Shown: positions 8,490-17,484 of the stretch, in pieces
How the letters are laid out: the number at the start of each line of letters is the position of its first letter
Numbering within the stretch: position 1 is the stretch's first letter
NCBI GenBank assembly: GCA_031459385.1
Contig: JAVKIP010000015.1
Coordinates: forward strand, 13,490 to 77,489
Source of the DNA: Candidatus Fervidifonticultor secundus
GTDB taxonomy: Bacteria; Sysuimicrobiota; Sysuimicrobiia; Sysuimicrobiales; Humicultoraceae
DNA: 64,000 nucleotides
Direction of reading: 5' to 3'
The notes under the pieces: model-generated
The model's input: only the letters and a program-made list of their open reading frames with translations
What the model was told of the DNA's origin: nothing
Databases searched by the model: none
Made by a program: the position numbers and the translations under genes

Positions 8490-9225
8490 GGGGCTGGCGA
8501 CCGAGGGCGCGCGCGTGGTCATCTGCGCGCGGTCGGCCGATGCGGTGGTGGCGGCCGCCGCAGCGATCAACACCGCGGAGGCGGTGCGGGCGGCGGCGGG
8601 CGAGGTCATCCCCGTGGTCGCCGACGTTGGCCAGGCAGCCGACTGCCAGCGGGTGGTCGACGAGGCCCTGCGGCGCTGGGCGCGCGTCGACATCCTGGTG
8701 ACCAACGCGGGCGGGCCGCCGTCAGGGCCGGTGGCCACCGTCTCCGACGCGCAGTGGGAGGCCGCGGTGCAGTCGCTGCTGCTGGGGGCGGTGCGGTTGT
8801 CGCGGGCGGCCATCCCGAGCATGCGGGAGCGGCGGTGGGGCCGCATCCTGCACATCACCTCGTTCACGGTCAAGCAGGTGCTGCCGAACCTGGTGCTGTC
8901 CAATGCGGTGCGCTTGGCGGTCGTGGGGCTGGCCAAGACCCAGGCCGTCGAGCTGGGGCCCTACAACATCCTGGTGAACACGCTGTGCCCGGGTCCCATC
9001 GCGACCGACCGTCTCATGGACCTGACCCGGCAGTACGCGGAGCGGCAGGGTGTCTCGGCGGAGGAAGCCCGCCAGCGCCTGTGGCTGTCCCAGATCCCGC
9101 TGGGCCGGCTGGGCAAGCCGCGGGAGTTCGCGGCGCTGGCGGTGTTCCTGGCCTCAGAACAGGCGTCGTTCATCACGGGGGGGACGTTCCAGGTCGACGG
9201 GGGCGCGGTCAAGGGACCGTGCTAA
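8416..9225 (+). CDS. SDR family oxidoreductase (FabG-like)
   Basis: GGSRGLG, TNAGGPP, SNAVR, VN.LCPG, DGG. Confidence 0.92.
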   Translation: MELGLQGRVAVVAGGSRGLGRAIAEGLATEGARVVICARSADAVVAAAAAINTAEAVRAAAGEVIPVVADVGQAADCQRVVDEALRRWARVDILVTNAGGPPSGPVATVSDAQWEAAVQSLLLGAVRLSRAAIPSMRERRWGRILHITSFTVKQVLPNLVLSNAVRLAVVGLAKTQAVELGPYNILVNTLCPGPIATDRLMDLTRQYAERQGVSAEEARQRLWLSQIPLGRLGKPREFAALAVFLASEQASFITGGTFQVDGGAVKGPC

Positions 9226-10604
9226 TGGGCGGCGATATCTCCACGTATATCGACGCGCATCAACCGCAGCACCTCGCGCGGGTTCAGGCCTTCGTGCGGC
9301 AGCCCAGCGTCAGTGCCGACGGCACGGGTGTCGCTGCGATGGCCGACCTGGTGGCGCAGACGATCCGCGAGGTCGGCGGCACGGCGGAACGCTGGCCCAC
9401 GGCGGGGCATCCGGTGGTCTACGGCCGGCTCGACGCCGGCGCGCGGCGCACGCTGCTTTTCTACGGCATGTACGACGTGCAGCCAGTGGAGGGCGAGGAG
9501 TGGAGCGTGCCGCCGTTTGCGGGTGAGGTGCTGGAGGTGCCCGGGCACGGGCCCTGTCTGGTCGCGCGCGGCGCGGCCAACCAGAAGGGGCCGCTGGCCG
9601 GCTTCTGCAATGTGCTGGCGGCCTTCCGCGCGCTGGGGGCGCCGCCTCCGGTCAACATCGTCTTCCTGATCGAAGGTGAGGAGGAACTGGGCAGCCGGCA
9701 CCTGCCCGAGGCGGTGCGGACGCACCGCGACGCGCTGCGGGCCGATGCCGCGTTCTTCGGTGCTTACGGCCAGGACGCGCGAGGGATCCCGGCCGTCTAC
9801 CTGGGAGTGAAGGGCATCATCTTCATGGAGCTGGTCTGCCACGGCGGAGCCTGGGGCGGTCCCCAGACCCGCATGATCCACGGGAGCAACGCGGCCTGGA
9901 TCGGCAGCCCGCCGTGGCGCCTGTTGCAGGCGCTCGTCTCGATGATGGGTCGCGACGAGCAGATCTTGATCGACGGGTTCTACGACGAGGTGGCGCCGCC
10001 GGATGCCGACGAGGAGCGGCTCTACGAGCGTCTGGCCGAGGTCTTCGACGCGCAGACGGTGCTGCGCCAGCACGACGTCCGGCGCTTCAAGCTGGAGGGG
10101 CAGGGCGAGACGCTGCTGCGCAACTACCTGGGCCTGCCCACGCTGAACATCGACGGCCTCACCGCGGGCTGGATGGGGCCGGGCTCGAAGACCGTGCTGC
10201 CGCACGAGGCCCGTGCCCGCGTGGACATCCGCCTGGTGCCGGCCATGAGCATCGAGCGCACGCTGGCCCGCCTGCGGGCGCACCTGCGCGCGCAGGGGCT
10301 CGACGACGTCGAGGTCGACGTCTGGCAGGCGTACCCCTGGGCGCAGACGCCCTGGCGGGCGTCCGTGGTCCAGGCCCTGCTGCAGGCGATCCGCGACCAG
10401 GGCCTCGAGCCCTACGCCTGGCCGCGGATCGCGGGCAGCGCGCCCATGTACCTGTTCTCGCAGGTGCTCGGCCTGCCGTTCGTCATGGGCGGGCTCGGGC
10501 ACGGCGGCCGTCAGCACGGCCCGAACGAGTACGCCCGCCTGGAGGGCATGCGGCTCTACGAGCGGTCGGTGGCGGCGTTTCTGCAGCGGTTCGCGTCAAC
10601 GTAG
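9225..10604 (+). CDS. M20/M25/M40 family metallo-hydrolase
   Basis: YGMYDVQP, RGAANQKG, EGEEELGS, KTVLP, HGPNE. TAATG overlap with the SDR. Confidence 0.88.
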   Translation: MGGDISTYIDAHQPQHLARVQAFVRQPSVSADGTGVAAMADLVAQTIREVGGTAERWPTAGHPVVYGRLDAGARRTLLFYGMYDVQPVEGEEWSVPPFAGEVLEVPGHGPCLVARGAANQKGPLAGFCNVLAAFRALGAPPPVNIVFLIEGEEELGSRHLPEAVRTHRDALRADAAFFGAYGQDARGIPAVYLGVKGIIFMELVCHGGAWGGPQTRMIHGSNAAWIGSPPWRLLQALVSMMGRDEQILIDGFYDEVAPPDADEERLYERLAEVFDAQTVLRQHDVRRFKLEGQGETLLRNYLGLPTLNIDGLTAGWMGPGSKTVLPHEARARVDIRLVPAMSIERTLARLRAHLRAQGLDDVEVDVWQAYPWAQTPWRASVVQALLQAIRDQGLEPYAWPRIAGSAPMYLFSQVLGLPFVMGGLGHGGRQHGPNEYARLEGMRLYERSVAAFLQRFAST

Positions 10605-10692
10605 GCACGTCGCGGGCTGCGGCGCGCCGCCGGCCGGCAGACGACGGCGCTCGCGCCCCCGGGGGCGCGGCTGCTATACTGACAGGTGGTTT

Positions 10693-10770
10693 GCCCCCAT
10701 CGTCTAGGCAGGTCCAGGACACCGGTCTTTCAAGCCGGCAACGCGGGTTCGAATCCCGCTGGGGGCACCA
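10693..10770 (+). tRNA. tRNA-Glu (TTC)
   Basis: Acceptor GCCCCCA/TGGGGGC, anticodon arm CCGGT-CTTTCAA-GCCGG, GGTTCGAATCC, encoded CCA. TATACT -10 at 10675-10680. Confidence 0.97.
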
Positions 10771-10804
10771 GCCACCCGCTCCCCGAGTGCTCGCCGGGCT
10801 GTCG

Positions 10805-11242
10805 CTACCACCCGGCGGCCCACGGGAGCGCAATCGCTCCCGGGCCCGTGAAGAGGAGCGCCAGCGCCGCAACCACTAGCGCAAACTCAAACTCCCACCC
10901 CGTCCCGTCCGGCTCCATGAAGCGCTTCTTCGCCATGCCCCGTTTGACCAGCAGGATCGCCACCAGCATCTCGATGGCGAATCCGAGGGCGAGGAGACGC
11001 GTCGCCACACCCAGGACGAGGAGGACCGCCCCGGCGGTCTCCAGCAGCGCGACGACCCAGGCGAAGAGCCCCGGCAGCGGGACGCGCAGCTGCTGCAGCC
11101 AGCCGCTGAAACCGCGGACGCCGCCGACGGGGCCCCGCGGGTTCAGCTTCATCCAGCCGTGGAAGGGGAAGAGGACACCGAACCCGAGGCGGAGGATCAA
11201 CAGTCCCCAGTCGCTCAGCGGGGAAAAGATATCTGCGAGCAT
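10805..11242 (-). CDS. DoxX family membrane protein
   Basis: GLLILRLGFG..F.FHG..KL, E..G..LL.LG..TR, GWEFEFAL, L.FTGPG. Confidence 0.9.
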   Translation of the reverse strand: MLADIFSPLSDWGLLILRLGFGVLFPFHGWMKLNPRGPVGGVRGFSGWLQQLRVPLPGLFAWVVALLETAGAVLLVLGVATRLLALGFAIEMLVAILLVKRGMAKKRFMEPDGTGWEFEFALVVAALALLFTGPGAIALPWAAGW

Positions 11243-11284
11243 GTGCGCGTCCTCCTGTGCGGCATTGTTCTTCTTTCATATAAG

Positions 11285-11305
11285 TGACTTGACAAAAGTA
11301 AGTCA
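11285..11305. promoter_or_regulatory. Palindromic operator between divergent doxX and sugar dehydrogenase
   Basis: TGACTT-GACAAAAGT-AAGTCA inverted repeat in an AT-rich patch that also contains TTGACA. Confidence 0.55.
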
Positions 11306-11425
11306 AGGGGGACGATCGGAGGCGCGGCAGGCGCAGGCGATGTTCGCCTGCGGGAGGGCCAGGTGCCCGCACCGCACTCGGGAAGACCGGGCCCGCCGCT
11401 ACAACGCGCTCGAGAGGGGGATGCG

Positions 11426-12577
11426 ATGATGCGCAGGATCGTCCAGCTGCTGATCCCGGCCCTGCTGGTCTCGCACGGCATCGGGCTGATCCGGGCGGAA
11501 GCGCAGGCGCCCCGGTCGCCGACCCCCGAGCCGACGGCGGCCCCCGCGCGGGTCGTCACGGTAGTGGAGGGACTGGAGCGCCCCTGGGGGATGGTCTTCC
11601 TTCCCGACAGGCGCATCCTGGTCACCGAACGGCCCGGACGTCTCCGCATCGTCGATGGCACCGGACGCCTCTCGGCCCCGCTGCCAGGCGTCCCCCAGGT
11701 CCTGGCACAAGGGCAGGGCGGCCTGCTCGACGTCGCGCTGAGCCCCACCTTTGCCCGGGACCACCTGGTCTACCTGTCGTTCGCGGAGCCGGGCGAAGGG
11801 GGAGCGGGCACTGCGGTCGCGCGCGGGCGCCTGGGGGCGGCCGGTCTCGAGGGGACCCAGGTCATCTGGCGCCAGCAGCCGAAAGTCGCCAGCGTCAACC
11901 ACTGGGGGTCGAGGCTCGTCTTCCGCCGCGACGGGACGCTCTTCGTGACGCTGGGAGATCGGTTCGCCTATCGGGAGCGAGCGCAGGACCTCTCGACGAC
12001 GATCGGCAAGATCGTGCGGATCAACGCAGACGGCTCGGTGCCGCGGGACAACCCGTTCGTCGGGCGAGAGGGCGTGCGCCCGGAGATCTGGTCGTACGGC
12101 CACCGAAACGTGCAGGCGGCGGCCCTCCACCCCGAGAGCAGGCAGCTCTGGACGGCCGAGCACGGCGCCCGCGGCGGCGACGAACTCAACCGTGTAGAGG
12201 CGGGCAAGAACTACGGCTGGCCTGTCATCACATACGGCGTCGACTACTCGGGGGCGAAGATCGGGGAGGGCACCGCGCGGGCCGGGATGGAGCAGCCGGT
12301 GTACTACTGGGATCCGGTGATCGCGCCCTCAGGGATGGTCTTCTACACCGGCACCGCCTACCCGGGGTGGACCGGGAGCATGTTCATCGGCTCGCTCACG
12401 CCGGGGCTGCTCGTGAGGCTCACGCTGGAGGGGGACCGGGTGATGCGGGAGGAGCGGTATCTGGCAGAGCTAGGCGAGCGCATTCGCGATGTGGTGCAGG
12501 GACCTGACGGCTTGCTTTACCTGGCGACGGACAATCCGCGCGGACGCATTCTCCGCCTGGTGCCGACTGGGCGCTGA
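11426..12577 (+). CDS. PQQ-dependent sugar dehydrogenase (YliI/glucose-sorbosone family), exported
   Basis: Signal peptide, [51 protein letters not shown]. Confidence 0.93.
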   Translation: MMRRIVQLLIPALLVSHGIGLIRAEAQAPRSPTPEPTAAPARVVTVVEGLERPWGMVFLPDRRILVTERPGRLRIVDGTGRLSAPLPGVPQVLAQGQGGLLDVALSPTFARDHLVYLSFAEPGEGGAGTAVARGRLGAAGLEGTQVIWRQQPKVASVNHWGSRLVFRRDGTLFVTLGDRFAYRERAQDLSTTIGKIVRINADGSVPRDNPFVGREGVRPEIWSYGHRNVQAAALHPESRQLWTAEHGARGGDELNRVEAGKNYGWPVITYGVDYSGAKIGEGTARAGMEQPVYYWDPVIAPSGMVFYTGTAYPGWTGSMFIGSLTPGLLVRLTLEGDRVMREERYLAELGERIRDVVQGPDGLLYLATDNPRGRILRLVPTGR

Positions 12578-12757
12578 ACGCTCGTCCCGTTGCCGCCCGG
12601 CCGCCACGCGCTCGACTGCGGTGTCGGTCGCCTGCGTGGCGACGACGAGCCTGAACGCGACGCGCGTGCAGGAGCCGCACGTCGCGGCTGCGAAGACGGC
12701 AACGCCGCGCCGGTCGAAGTGGGAACGAGAACCCGGCGGGGTGCGCGAGGAGTGGCG

Positions 12758-12901
12758 ATGCTGCGCCGCGTGGCGGAGTTGGTCGGTCAGGTGACCGGTG
12801 ACAGCCGGAAGGAATGGCTCGTGGTCGCCAGCGTGCTGGTGCTGCTGGCGCTGGCGGTGGCCTTGGGCTGGATTCGCCTGGAGCTGCCCCGCGCGCCGTA
12901 A
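12758..12901 (+). CDS. Small (47 aa) single-TM membrane protein
   Basis: GAGGAG RBS before ATG 12758. MLRRVAELVGQVTGDSRKEW followed by hydrophobic LVVASVLVLLALAVALGWI. Confidence 0.55.
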   Translation: MLRRVAELVGQVTGDSRKEWLVVASVLVLLALAVALGWIRLELPRAP

Positions 12902-12969
12902 CGACCTCCGAAGGTGCCGGCCCCCTGGGCTCCCCTGCCCGGCGGCGGCCGGGCCAACGGCCCCCCGGG

Positions 12970-15900
12970 CTACTTCCCCTCGGTGGGTTCTACCGCGCCT
13001 GCGGGCATGGCGCGGCGGTGGCGGGCCCACTGGACCGCGCGGTCCAGCACGACGTAGAACGCCGGGATCAGGAACAGGCTGCCGACCGTCGAGGTGAGGA
13101 GGCCGCCGACGATGGCGCGGGCCAGGGGCGTCTGCAGCTCCGCGCCTTCCCCGATGCCGATCGCCAGCGGCAGCAGGCCGAACATGGTCGTCAGCGTCGT
13201 CATCAGGATCGGCCGCAGCCGCCGCTGGCCGGCCCGCGCCAGCGCCTCCAGCAGCGGCAGGCCCCGGTGCTGCAACTGCAGCGCGTAGTCGATGAGCACG
13301 ATAGCGTTGTTGACGGCCACGCCGACCAGCACGATGGCGCCCAGACCCGACTGCACGTTGAGGGTGGTGCCGGTGAGCAGCAGGGTGCCCAGGACGCCCA
13401 CCAGCGCAAACGGCACCGCGGCCATGATCAGGAACGGTTCGAACAGGCGCTCGAACTGGGCCGCCATGACCATGTAGACCAGCACCAGCGACATCAGGAA
13501 CCCTGACAGCAGCTGGGAGAACGACTCCTGCTGCTCTTCGAACTCGCCGCTGAACGCCACCGAGAACCCCTGGGGCAGCCGCTGCGCCAGGACCGTGGTC
13601 CGGACGTCGCGGAGCGTCGTGGCCACGTCTCGGCCGGCGATGTTGCCCGTGAGGGTGATGACCCGCTCGCGGTTGCGGCGCTGGATCTGCGTCGGCCCCG
13701 GGGTCCCTGTGACCTGCGCCAGCTGCCGCAGCGGGACGATCCCCCGCGGGGTGCTGATCGGCAGGTCGCCGATGCGGTCCGGGGTCAGGCGGTCGGGCTC
13801 GCGCAGGCGCACGACGACGTCGATGTCCTCGCCGCCGCTGCGGAACAGGGCCGCGGTGCGGCCGCCGACGTAGGTGCGTACCGACGTCGCCACCTGGCCG
13901 GCGGTGACGCCGAACGCGGCGGCCTTCACCGGGTCGACCTGGACAGTGACCTCCTCGGCGCTCTCCTCCCGGCTGACCTGCAGGTCCGTCACGCCGGCCA
14001 CGCCCTCCAGCACGCCGCGCAGCCGCCGGGCCGTCACGTTCCCGGCCTCGAGGTCGAAGCCGCGCAGGTCGATGCTGATCGGGTCGGGCGAGCGGAAGAA
14101 GAAGAGCGAGCTGAAGGGGCGGAAGACGACCGTGGCCCCGGGGACCCGGACGCGCCGTCGCAGGTCGGCGATGACCTCCTGGGTGGGGGGAGCGTCGGGG
14201 GCGAGGCCGACGCGGAAGGTGGTGACGTGGGTGCCGGCGGCTGCGAACGTGCTGCCCACCAGGGTCAGCACCAGGTCGGTTCCCGGCGTGTCGTCGATCA
14301 AGAGCTGCTCGATACGGCGCGCCGTGCGGTCGGAGACGTCGAGGGCCGTGCCGCGCGGGAGCTGGACCGTCATGAAGAAGCCGCGCTCGTCGGCCTGCGG
14401 GAACGTCTCCCGGCCCACCAGGGGCAGGGCGGAGAACGCCGTGACGACCAGCGCCACCGCGACAGCGATGACGGTGAAGGGGCGGCGCATCGCCCGGACC
14501 AGGACAGTGCGGTAGGCATCTTCCACGACGTTGAACGCCCGTTCGGCCGCGCCCGCCAGGCGGCCTGTCGCGCTGCGGCCGTGGCCGATGACCAGGGCCC
14601 GGGACGCCAGCGACGGGATCAACGTGAGGGCCACCACCAGGGAGCACAGCAGGGCGAAGGTCACCATGTAGGCCAGGGGGCGGAACAGCACGCTGGCGAT
14701 GCCGGTGGTGAAGAACATGGGCAGGAACACCACCACCGTGGTGAACGTGCTGGCCATGATGGCCGTGCCCACCTCGCGGGTGGCCTCCTCGGCCGCCAGC
14801 AGCGGCGGCCGGCCTTCTTCGCGGTGCCGGAAGATGTTCTCCAGGACGACGATGGCGTTGTCCACCAGCATGCCCACCGCCAGCGCCAGCCCGCCGAAGG
14901 TGATGAGGTTGAGGGTGAACCCGCTCCAGAACATCAGCAGGAAGGTCGCCAGGATGGACGTGGGGATGGCGGTGGAGATGATGAGGGTACTGCTGACGTT
15001 GCGCAGGAACGCCAGCAGGATCGCGACCGTCAGCCCGGCGCCCAGCAGGGCGGCGCTGCGCAGGTTGTCGACGGAGCGTCGGATGAACCGGCTCCCGTCG
15101 TTGATCGTGATCAGCCGCGCGTGGGGGAACAGCTCGTTGATCTGCCCGGCGACCCGGAGGATGCTCCGCGCCACCGCCACGGTATTCGTGCCCGACTGCT
15201 TGGCGATGGCGACGAGAATGCCCGGGCGGCCGTTGATGCGGACCAGGGACGTCGCTTCTTCACGCGTGTCCACCACCTGGGCCAGGTCGCCGACGCGCAC
15301 GGGCATCCCCTGGCGCGTGGTCACCACGACCTGCCTGATGTCGTCGACGGACCCGAAGCGGCCGATGGTGCGGACGACGCGCCGCTGCGTACCGACCCGC
15401 ACGTCGCCGCCGGGCTCGACGGTGGCTTCGGAGCCGAGGGCCGCGGTGACCTCGCGGTCGGAGATGCCCAGCGCCTCCAGGCGCTGCCGGTCCAGGAGCA
15501 CGTGCACCTGGCGCTGGCGGCCCCCGCGCACGTCGACGTTGGCGACGCCGGGAATCTGCTCGAACCGCGGCTTGTACTCGTTCTCGGCCAGATCGCGCAG
15601 GACGTTGACGTCGCCGCGAGCCTCGATGCCCAACAGCACGATGGGGAACTGGTTGGGGTCGAACTTGGCGATGCGCGGCGTCTCCGCGCCATCGGGGAGG
15701 CGGTCACGGATGCGGTCGACGGCAGGGCGCACGTCGTTGGCCGCGACATCCAGGTCGGTGCCCCAGTTGAAGCGCAGCTGGATGCTGCTGCGCCCCTCGG
15801 TGGAGTTGGACGAGATCTGGGTGACTCCCGGCACGGTGCTGAGGGCGTTCTCCAGGAGGATCGTAACCTCGCGTTCGACCTCCCGGGGGCCCGCGCCGGG

Positions 15901-16053
15901 GTAGTTGGTGGTGATGTTCAGGGTAGGGAAGGAGATGTCGGGGAGCAGATCGACCGGCAGCCGGGTGAACGAGACCAGGCCCAGGAACGCCACGGCCAGG
16001 TAGATCATGGCCGTGGTGACCGGCCGGTGAATGGCGCCGCGGGACAGGTTCAT
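12970..16053 (-). CDS. RND efflux transporter permease (AcrB/AcrD/AcrF family)
   Basis: 1027 aa. RPVTT, LPVDLLPDI, GMLVDNAIVVLENIFR, VNNAIVLID, RLRPILMTT. Confidence 0.96.
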   Translation of the reverse strand: MNLSRGAIHRPVTTAMIYLAVAFLGLVSFTRLPVDLLPDISFPTLNITTNYPGAGPREVEREVTILLENALSTVPGVTQISSNSTEGRSSIQLRFNWGTDLDVAANDVRPAVDRIRDRLPDGAETPRIAKFDPNQFPIVLLGIEARGDVNVLRDLAENEYKPRFEQIPGVANVDVRGGRQRQVHVLLDRQRLEALGISDREVTAALGSEATVEPGGDVRVGTQRRVVRTIGRFGSVDDIRQVVVTTRQGMPVRVGDLAQVVDTREEATSLVRINGRPGILVAIAKQSGTNTVAVARSILRVAGQINELFPHARLITINDGSRFIRRSVDNLRSAALLGAGLTVAILLAFLRNVSSTLIISTAIPTSILATFLLMFWSGFTLNLITFGGLALAVGMLVDNAIVVLENIFRHREEGRPPLLAAEEATREVGTAIMASTFTTVVVFLPMFFTTGIASVLFRPLAYMVTFALLCSLVVALTLIPSLASRALVIGHGRSATGRLAGAAERAFNVVEDAYRTVLVRAMRRPFTVIAVAVALVVTAFSALPLVGRETFPQADERGFFMTVQLPRGTALDVSDRTARRIEQLLIDDTPGTDLVLTLVGSTFAAAGTHVTTFRVGLAPDAPPTQEVIADLRRRVRVPGATVVFRPFSSLFFFRSPDPISIDLRGFDLEAGNVTARRLRGVLEGVAGVTDLQVSREESAEEVTVQVDPVKAAAFGVTAGQVATSVRTYVGGRTAALFRSGGEDIDVVVRLREPDRLTPDRIGDLPISTPRGIVPLRQLAQVTGTPGPTQIQRRNRERVITLTGNIAGRDVATTLRDVRTTVLAQRLPQGFSVAFSGEFEEQQESFSQLLSGFLMSLVLVYMVMAAQFERLFEPFLIMAAVPFALVGVLGTLLLTGTTLNVQSGLGAIVLVGVAVNNAIVLIDYALQLQHRGLPLLEALARAGQRRLRPILMTTLTTMFGLLPLAIGIGEGAELQTPLARAIVGGLLTSTVGSLFLIPAFYVVLDRAVQWARHRRAMPAGAVEPTEGK

Positions 16054-17453
16054 GGCCGCCCCCCGGGCCGGGGGCTGCCCGGTTCCGGCGTGGGGTCGGG
16101 ACGGGCGGGCGCCCTCGTGGCGGGCGTGCCCGTGGCGGGCGCCCCCCCGGGGCCTGATGGGCCACCGCCGGGTCCTCCGCCGGGCTGTCCAGCGCCGGTG
16201 CGGACCTCCATGCCGTCGCGGAGTCCTTGCTGTCCGGCGATCACGATGACCTCACCAGCCTTCAACCCCGCGAGGACCTCCGATCGGCTGCCGTCGACAT
16301 AGCCGACGCGGATGCGCCGTTCCTCCACGGTCGTCGCGCTCTTCATGACAAAGAGCACGGTTGTCTCCCCGCGTCGCACGATGGCATCGGAGGGGACCAT
16401 GATGGTGTCGCGTTCATCGAACACCACGGTTGCCCGGGCAAACATCCCGGGGCGCAGCGCCAGGTCGCGGTTGGGCACGGTGACCACGAGCTCGACGCTG
16501 CGGGAGGCGGCGTCCAGCACCGGTGAGCGGCGGGCGATGCGCCCTTCGAAGACCCGGCCGGACAGCGCGTCGACGGCCACGTGCACGCGGCTGGTGGAAC
16601 GCAGGCGCGGCAGGTCCGTCTCGGGCAGCCGTACGTACACCTCGACAGGGCGCAGCGTCGCCACGGTGGCGACGACGGTCTGGGGGAAGACCACGGCACC
16701 GCGTTCGACGGGCACCCGGGTCACGATGCCGCTGATAGGCGCGACGATGCGCAGCTCGCGCAGCCGGGCGCGCTGCTGCGCCAGCGTGGCCTCGGCCTGC
16801 CGCACCAGCGCCTCCTGCGCCTGGATGTCCTCGGCTCGGGGTCCCTGCCGGACCAGCGCCAGCTGCTCGCGCGCCGCGCGCACCCGGGCGCGTGCCAGCT
16901 CGACATCGGTCTGCGCCCGGTCGACGGCCGCACGGGCCACGAGCCCGTCCGCGAACAGCTGCTGCAGGCGTGCCAGGTCCCGCTCGGCCTGCGCCAGTGC
17001 GACCTCGGTCTGGCTCACAGCGGCCTCGGCCTGCGCCACCTCCTGGGGCCGCGCCCCCGCGCGCAGCTGGGCCAGGCGGGCGCGTTGCACGTCCAGCGCG
17101 GCTTCCGCCTGCCAGACGGCGTGTTCGAGTTCAGGATCCTCCAGCCGCGCCACCAGCCGGCCGGCGGTGACGGCGGTGCCTTCTTCGACCAGCACGGTGC
17201 CCAGGCGCCCGGCGATGCGAGGCGTCACGTCCACCACCGCGGACGCCCGCACCTCGCCGGGCAGCGTGGCCTGCTCCACCAGCCGCGTGACCTCTACGGG
17301 GGCGGTGCGTACCAGCGGGATCGGCCGCGGCCGCTGCGGCGGCGCCTCCCGGGCCGCCGACCGCCGGCCGATCCACTGAGTCGCCCCGATGATGGCGAGC
17401 GCTAGGACAGCCAGGAGGCCCAGCGCCAGCAGGCCGCGGAGCAGGCGGTTCAT
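16050..17453 (-). CDS. RND efflux periplasmic adaptor (MFP) subunit
   Basis: N-terminal TM, lipoyl half-motifs (V.EG..V..G; APISG.V), long coiled-coil, LRPGMFA, VP..A, GL..GE. Confidence 0.93.
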   Translation of the reverse strand: MNRLLRGLLALGLLAVLALAIIGATQWIGRRSAAREAPPQRPRPIPLVRTAPVEVTRLVEQATLPGEVRASAVVDVTPRIAGRLGTVLVEEGTAVTAGRLVARLEDPELEHAVWQAEAALDVQRARLAQLRAGARPQEVAQAEAAVSQTEVALAQAERDLARLQQLFADGLVARAAVDRAQTDVELARARVRAAREQLALVRQGPRAEDIQAQEALVRQAEATLAQQRARLRELRIVAPISGIVTRVPVERGAVVFPQTVVATVATLRPVEVYVRLPETDLPRLRSTSRVHVAVDALSGRVFEGRIARRSPVLDAASRSVELVVTVPNRDLALRPGMFARATVVFDERDTIMVPSDAIVRRGETTVLFVMKSATTVEERRIRVGYVDGSRSEVLAGLKAGEVIVIAGQQGLRDGMEVRTGAGQPGGGPGGGPSGPGGAPATGTPATRAPARPDPTPEPGSPRPGGRP

Positions 17454-17484
17454 GGCATCGTCTCCATGTTTTCTACGACGGCCA

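Noticed and set aside
10693..12600. Genomic island integrated at tRNA-Glu or tRNA-Thr
   Set aside because: No duplicated tRNA 3' end and no integrase seen in the window.
16050..16200. Pro/Gly-rich low-complexity tail of the MFP as a repeat element
   Set aside because: An ordinary disordered protein tail with no exact nucleotide periodicity.
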